A stretch of 37,415 nt of DNA from IMG/VR virus record IMGVR_UViG_3300009839_000001; one strand, 5' to 3'. Position numbers and translations under genes: made by a program. This DNA comes from a virus. The notes under the pieces are model-generated. The model was not told where the DNA came from and searched no databases. It worked only from the letters and a program-made list of their open reading frames with translations. This document shows positions 33,126 through 37,415 of this stretch, one piece after another. How positions within the stretch are numbered: the stretch's first letter is position 1; the number at the start of each line of letters is the position of its first letter.

Positions 33126-33800
33126 CTAGAAACGGGACGCGAAACGAGACAGCCCGGCCGGAACTCCCGGCTGAACTGAGACGCTCGGAGCAGCGGATGC
33201 ACCAGGCGCTAATGTGGCGCCGGTCGGTGATCCTGCTGGACCCCATGAGTACCCTGCGGGCACACTCAGGTAATTCCCGTTCTGTGCGCTCACTGTGGGC
33301 AGCGGGAAGCCGGACTGAATGTAAGCTCCGAGTCCATCGCTCGAGAAGTCGAGGTCTCCCAGATAGCCGGTGAGGGCCGCTGGTGAAGTCCCTGACACTT
33401 TCTCGCTCCACAGTCGCATGATCACAGCCGAGAGGCCGCCTGCCGCGACACCGCTTGCGATCTCGCGTCCGGCGAACTTGGCTGCTGCCCAGGCGAGTGC
33501 AATCGCAGTCGCGATATTCGCTGCATAGCCCATGGCTCCGGTGTTCTTATCACCGAGGATGGTCTGAGTGAGATATCGAGTACCGATCGCACCGCCGGCT
33601 GCACCGATTCCGAGCTGGAAAAGCTCAGTCCCGCTGAAACCGCCGATCGACGGATTGCGACGACGACGCCTGCTGTTCATGCGGTAATGACGCCGGCTGC
33701 GCGAACGCGCAAACAGCGGATTCCGAGAATGACGCCGGTTCCGTTGTTTTGGTGCGTAGTGATGGCGGTTCCGACGTGTCTTTTTCTTTGGGTTCGTCAT
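33126..33800 (-). CDS. Arg-rich N-terminus plus Gly/Ala hydrophobic domain protein
   Basis: ATG 33800 follows GGGAGGGGG. MTNPKKKTRRNRHHYAPKQRNRRHSRNPLFARSRSRRHYRMNSRRRRRNP, then GIGAAGGAIG...ATAIALAWAAAKFAG... Confidence 0.6.
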   Translation of the reverse strand: MTNPKKKTRRNRHHYAPKQRNRRHSRNPLFARSRSRRHYRMNSRRRRRNPSIGGFSGTELFQLGIGAAGGAIGTRYLTQTILGDKNTGAMGYAANIATAIALAWAAAKFAGREIASGVAAGGLSAVIMRLWSEKVSGTSPAALTGYLGDLDFSSDGLGAYIQSGFPLPTVSAQNGNYLSVPAGYSWGPAGSPTGATLAPGASAAPSVSVQPGVPAGLSRFASRF

Positions 33801-33952
33801 GACGAATAGCTCACCCCCTCCCAATGTGTTTCGTTTTCTCGTGCGCCGGGCACGGCGCGCGGTAGTTCGTGAACTCTTTTGGCGCTTCTTCTGAGGATTC
33901 ACCAGGCGGACAGTTCGCATCGTGGGCATGCTCGAAAAGCTCCGTAAAATCA

Positions 33953-33996
33953 AACACCCCCCAGGAAACGGGGAGATCCCGCTCGTGGGGGGTGTT
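33953..33996 (-). terminator. Hairpin with 10-bp G/C-rich arms followed by a T-rich tract on the minus strand
   Basis: aacacccccc ... ggggggtgtt (perfect arms, 24-nt structured loop). The minus strand continues TGATTTTAC. It lies in the 273-bp gap 33801-34073. Confidence 0.35.
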
Positions 33997-34073
33997 CACA
34001 ATTTCGCTTCAAGTGATTAGATGGTCTGCAAAGGCTTGGGTCGCAAACCGGCGATGACGATCTTTCTTGTCAC

Positions 34074-34964
34074 TTACGATCGTAACGTCAGAACTCCACC
34101 GAACATGAACATGTGGGGATTCGATTCGAGATCTTCCCGCTCGATCAGCATCGCCAGGTACTGCCCGTTCGAATCCGGCGTCACATCGTAGACTTTCGGC
34201 GGAGTGCCTTCACCGCCGACTGAATCGACCGCGAAGCGCACGAGCGGACCGAGTGCGACCATTTCTCCAATCCGCGCGTTCACGAACTCGGCGATCTCCT
34301 GGGGGATCTCCCGGTGCGCGAACTTCGATCCTTTGCACTCGCTGCAGCTCGGCTCGCGATAGTTTGTGCTTCCGCCCCGGATCCCGGTCGGACGTTTGCC
34401 CGTTCCACGGCAAACTGAGCACATTGCTTTGCCAGTGCCGGCGCACACCTTGCACTCTTGAGTGCCGACGAAGATCCCGGTGCCGTGGCAGAGATCACAC
34501 TGAGGGTTGCGTTCGCCGAGCCCGCCGTTCAGACAGTCGTCTCCAGGACAAATCACCGAGGGAATGGGCACGCGCCCGGCGCCGCCGCACTTGTAAGCCT
34601 CGCAGAGCTTCTTTCCAGTCGCACCGCAGATATCGCAGTCGGAGAGACATGCTTTGCAGAATTCTTCGGTATCGTCCCATCGTGCCGGAATCCCCTGCCA
34701 TGGAGTTGTAACGATCAGTTGCTCACTTCCGGTTGCGAAAGCGAGCACGGGACCATCTTTCCGGAAGTCGATCGTCTTAGTTCCTTCCGGTCGAACGATC
34801 TGCGCTCGAGAGAGCCGGCCAAGAATTCGGAAATCGCCGCGGCGTTCGATCTCCCGGAGTTGAGTAAGAAACGTGCTGAGGGCTTCGATCGGTGCGCTCA
34901 CAGGCGGTACATTGACTGAGCTCGAATTCGATCGGCGCGCGCGCCGTGTGACAACATCAGGCAT
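34074..34964 (-). CDS. Protein with a DnaJ-type cysteine-rich zinc-finger array
   Basis: CDICGATG, CDLCHGTG, CKVCAGTG, CSVCRGTG and CSECKGSK occur within about 110 aa, matching the CxxCxGxG motif of the DnaJ CR domain. Confidence 0.7.
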   Translation of the reverse strand: MPDVVTRRARRSNSSSVNVPPVSAPIEALSTFLTQLREIERRGDFRILGRLSRAQIVRPEGTKTIDFRKDGPVLAFATGSEQLIVTTPWQGIPARWDDTEEFCKACLSDCDICGATGKKLCEAYKCGGAGRVPIPSVICPGDDCLNGGLGERNPQCDLCHGTGIFVGTQECKVCAGTGKAMCSVCRGTGKRPTGIRGGSTNYREPSCSECKGSKFAHREIPQEIAEFVNARIGEMVALGPLVRFAVDSVGGEGTPPKVYDVTPDSNGQYLAMLIEREDLESNPHMFMFGGVLTLRS

Positions 34965-34980
34965 TTTCGGAGCTCCTGTT

Positions 34981-35286
34981 TTAGTGCCGCGGACGCCGGC
35001 GAGTTATTGTTTCGATCGGTTGGCCATCGGGCGGTGCCGGCTGCGCGCCCGGAACTTGCCCGCCGAACATCAGTTTCAGGAACATGTCTTTCTCGGCGTC
35101 ACCCTTCTTCGCCATCTCGCGTCTGAACTCGATATCCTCACGGCAGAGTTGTGCGTTCTCACGTTGCTGGTCAATCCCAGCCTGCGCCATCTTCAAAGCC
35201 TCAGCCTGGTAATCCCGGAGCGCTTCGAGTAGATTTCCGATGCGAGTCAGAGCGCTATAGATCGTTCCATCTTCGAGATCTGCCAT
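34981..35286 (-). CDS. Coiled-coil protein (scaffold-like; inference)
   Basis: 101 aa, charged and helical. TGATG overlap with the upstream gene. Confidence 0.5.
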   Translation of the reverse strand: MADLEDGTIYSALTRIGNLLEALRDYQAEALKMAQAGIDQQRENAQLCREDIEFRREMAKKGDAEKDMFLKLMFGGQVPGAQPAPPDGQPIETITRRRPRH

Positions 35287-36365
35287 CAGTTTACGATCCC
35301 TTCCGGTTTCACGACGTAGGCGCCGCCGACGAGGTGAATCCGTTTCTTTCGCCGATCGTACACCACTCGTGGGCGCTCGCCTGTTTCCTCTCCGAGATCA
35401 TGCCAGTATTGGACCGGCTGAAAATTGTCAAATTTTTTCTGAGTGAAGTACTCGACCTGGTACGCAAACCCCAGGTCGAGCAGATCTTTATCCGCACGGA
35501 TCGGGAGCTTCTCGATCGATTCGTCGAGGTTCTGACTCCCACCGATAATGTAGAGTTGCCGTCCGCCAGGCTCGGCTGCGAGATCCGGAGCTTCTCTAGA
35601 TCCCCACTCGATTTTCTTGACCCAAGGCGGATCCGCGTCTTTGTCACCGATGGTAAGAGATACGAGCTTGCCGAGTTGTGCAAGCTCGTGATGATCACCG
35701 TAATCGGCAATCGGCAGTCCGGTGTCAGTCACGCGTGCAGGCCCCTTGCCATGGAATTTACTGTACAGCTCGGTTGAGTCAGCATAGTTGCGCCGGCGCG
35801 CGTTCTTCCTCGCATGGCGGTGCTTTCGTGGATTGAGACTCTGAGCAGCATCTTCGGCATCACGCCGTTCGGGAAACACACGACTCATTCGACCCGTCCG
35901 GCTCCTGGCGCGCCAGCCTCCGGGCACTTTGATCACTGGATTCTTGGTCGCGGTTTTTAGTTCCTGCGCTTTTTTCACGACTTCGGAGAACTGCGCAGTG
36001 GTTAGTTGCTTGACCGATTTTCCTGGATATAGCGACCGCAACGCTTCATGGAAAAGTGTTGTGTCGCGGTTCTCGTTCCGTTTGGACAGAGATTTGATCT
36101 TCCCGGTCAGTCGATGGAACGCGCCTTTCGCATAGGTACCGAGCTCCATGATGTGACCCTTCACCCTCGCAACTGTTCGCCCGTGCGGATTGCGCGTCAG
36201 CACGCTGTATCTGGGACCGCTGCGAAACCAGAGTGTTTTGATGAAGGCCCCAGGGATCGAGCGTTCTTTCTTCACCGCGTCGGCTTTCTCGGTGAACGCA
36301 CCGTGGAAGTTGAACAGATCCCCCTGGCCGTAATTCTTTCGCGTTTTGGCTTTTCGGCGCTGCAT
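35286..36365 (-). CDS. Hypothetical structural-arm protein, basic N-terminal half
   Basis: 359-aa ORF. The C-terminal ..YQVEYFTQKKFDNFQPVQYWHDLGEETGERPRVVYDRRKKRIHLVGGAYVVKPEGI looks like a conserved small phage domain that I cannot name with confidence. Confidence 0.65.
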   Translation of the reverse strand: MQRRKAKTRKNYGQGDLFNFHGAFTEKADAVKKERSIPGAFIKTLWFRSGPRYSVLTRNPHGRTVARVKGHIMELGTYAKGAFHRLTGKIKSLSKRNENRDTTLFHEALRSLYPGKSVKQLTTAQFSEVVKKAQELKTATKNPVIKVPGGWRARSRTGRMSRVFPERRDAEDAAQSLNPRKHRHARKNARRRNYADSTELYSKFHGKGPARVTDTGLPIADYGDHHELAQLGKLVSLTIGDKDADPPWVKKIEWGSREAPDLAAEPGGRQLYIIGGSQNLDESIEKLPIRADKDLLDLGFAYQVEYFTQKKFDNFQPVQYWHDLGEETGERPRVVYDRRKKRIHLVGGAYVVKPEGIVN

Positions 36366-36477
36366 AGAGCCTCATTGCTGCACGTAAGTCAGAACAAATT
36401 TGTTGATTGGCGTCGTGCCACCCATCCAGGCTGCGACCGTGAGATCGAGCGGAAGTTTGAAATATCGCTGCACTCAT

Positions 36478-36678
36478 TCATCCCTTTTTCGAATAGATGG
36501 GCACGAGCTGTGAGTTCGATCCCATCGCCAAGTGCTTCTGAAATCCAAGAGCCTGCCACAAGAACGTGAACGGCTTGCTCTGCAGCTTTCGCCGGCCACA
36601 TTGGTACACGACGCGGTACCCGGTGATCGTGCCGAGTTCCGTCGTCGATCCGTCACTATTGACCGCGAGAAAAGCCAT
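36478..36678 (-). CDS. Hypothetical 66-aa protein
   Basis: High third-position GC when hand-translated. The ATG lies in copy 1 of the 99-bp repeat. Confidence 0.5.
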   Translation of the reverse strand: MAFLAVNSDGSTTELGTITGYRVVYQCGRRKLQSKPFTFLWQALGFQKHLAMGSNSQLVPIYSKKG

Positions 36679-36871
36679 TCGCGAGTTAGATCACTTTCAC
36701 CCTTCGGCCAGTGGCGCGCCGGAGGAAGCGACCGAGTGTGCGTTTCTGTTTCGCGTTGAGCGAGAGGTTCAAGCCATTCGCGAGTTAGATCACTTTCACC
36801 CTTCGGCCAGTGGCGCGCCGGAGGAAGCGACCGAGTGTGCGTTTCTGTTTCGCGTTGAGCGAGAGGTTCAA
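36674..36871. repeat. Perfect tandem duplication, 2 x 99 bp
   Basis: gccattcgcgagttagatcactttcaccc...cgcgttgagcgagaggttcaa is read twice back to back (36674-36772 and 36773-36871). Confidence 0.95.
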
Positions 36872-37297
36872 CTGCAACTCCCGCCGCCGTGCGTTCCGTT
36901 TCACACGCCGCTTCACCGCGCGTTTCTTCGTCTTTTTCTTCGCCATGGTGTTCCTCTCCCGTCGCCCAAGCTTGGCGATCTCCCTCAAAACTTTTTCCTC
37001 GCGCAACCGCTCCGCTTGAGACATTGGCATCCCCATTCGTGGAGTAGAACGTTGCGTGGCCTTTCGCGATTGCCGGTGTGCGCTCACGCGCGTTCGCTCC
37101 GGTACCATGGCCGGATGAAAACTGAACAGCGGATTGGTTTTCGTTTTCTTCACAAATCGACACGTTCCGCAACTGAACTTTTTTGCAGCGCCCGGCCGTA
37201 ACTGAAAAAAGTTGCAGCAGCCGAGATCACTGCTCACTCCACCGGATACCGCAACGATCTGGCAGTCGGCGTCTTTTTTCGCGCCGAGCAGTTCCAT
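36785..37297 (-). CDS. Very basic hypothetical protein; start lies in the terminal repeat
   Basis: This frame has higher GC3 than the overlapping 36474-37172 frame. ATG 37297 (MELLGAKKDADCQIV...); the ORF stays open to GTG 37384. C-terminus KKKTKKRAVKRRVKRNARRR... Confidence 0.45.
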   Translation of the reverse strand: MELLGAKKDADCQIVAVSGGVSSDLGCCNFFQLRPGAAKKFSCGTCRFVKKTKTNPLFSFHPAMVPERTRVSAHRQSRKATQRSTPRMGMPMSQAERLREEKVLREIAKLGRRERNTMAKKKTKKRAVKRRVKRNARRRELQLNLSLNAKQKRTLGRFLRRATGRRVKVI

Positions 37298-37415
37298 GTA
37301 TCCGGCTTCCCGTACACTCTTCACGCGAGGCCTGCGATCATCTTGCGAACCTCTGACGCGCACGAGCGAACATCGCGGCCGCACGCCGCCGAAGATTCCC
37401 GATATCGCACTCGCA
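37293..37415. repeat. Direct terminal repeat, copy 2 (identical to 1-123)
   Basis: Same 123 bp as the window start. Confidence 0.95.

Noticed and set aside
36474-37201. Overlapping ORFs 36474-37172 (minus, 232 aa, with an in-frame 33-aa duplication) and 36566-37201 (plus, 211 aa)
   Set aside because: Hand-counted third-position GC is clearly higher in the 36785-37384 frame. The plus ORF is antisense to the operon. The 36474-37172 frame remains the alternative reading if the preferred frame turns out to be wrong.
22891-37415. Interpreting the membrane-protein/SLT-rich arm as a conjugative (T4SS/ICE) module
   Set aside because: I saw no VirB4/VirD4-type ATPase, relaxase or pilin-like gene. 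The M15 endolysin-like peptidase, the spike paralogs and the phage-type early genes favour a virus.

Overview
The window is one complete GC-rich element of about 37.3 kb. It looks like a temperate virus and is either circular or terminally redundant, because bases 1-123 are identical to 37293-37415 (unit length 37292 bp).

Plus-strand arm (about 5.4-21.8 kb):
- a tyrosine integrase next to a truncated tRNA(CAU) 5' half, which is an attP candidate
- about 35 mostly tiny ORFs with ATGA/GTGA start-stop overlaps, implying translational coupling
- recognisable products among them: RusA, Gp37/Gp68, a stand-alone FtsK-gamma wHTH, a Fis-type HTH and several zinc-ribbon proteins
- a pentapeptide-repeat protein built from near-perfect 15-bp DNA repeats, coupled to a DNA methyltransferase
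- an AT-richer TnpB-only IS200/IS605 insertion
- a small serine recombinase followed by a hix-like palindrome

Minus-strand arm (5117 down to 1, continuing 37292 down to 22891), about 30 tightly packed genes:
- many C-terminally anchored membrane proteins
- two paralogous secreted spike-like proteins
- SLT and M15 peptidoglycan hydrolases
- a transglutaminase-like cysteine peptidase
- proteins with DnaJ-type CxxCxGxG zinc fingers
- a stand-alone PAS protein, an Arg-rich/hydrophobic protein and beta-rich capsid candidates

I recognise no terminase, portal, HK97-type capsid, tail or packaging/replication ATPase. The late arm may therefore build a membrane-rich, non-tailed virion of an undescribed type.

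The most striking signal is a family of at least 7 paralogs. They share an N-terminal tag, M(S)Y[VIL]..RRRR.LGD, and a C-terminal tag, IGGG-helix-GKRR, wrapped around unrelated middles.

All functional calls come from reading motifs by eye. No searches were run.
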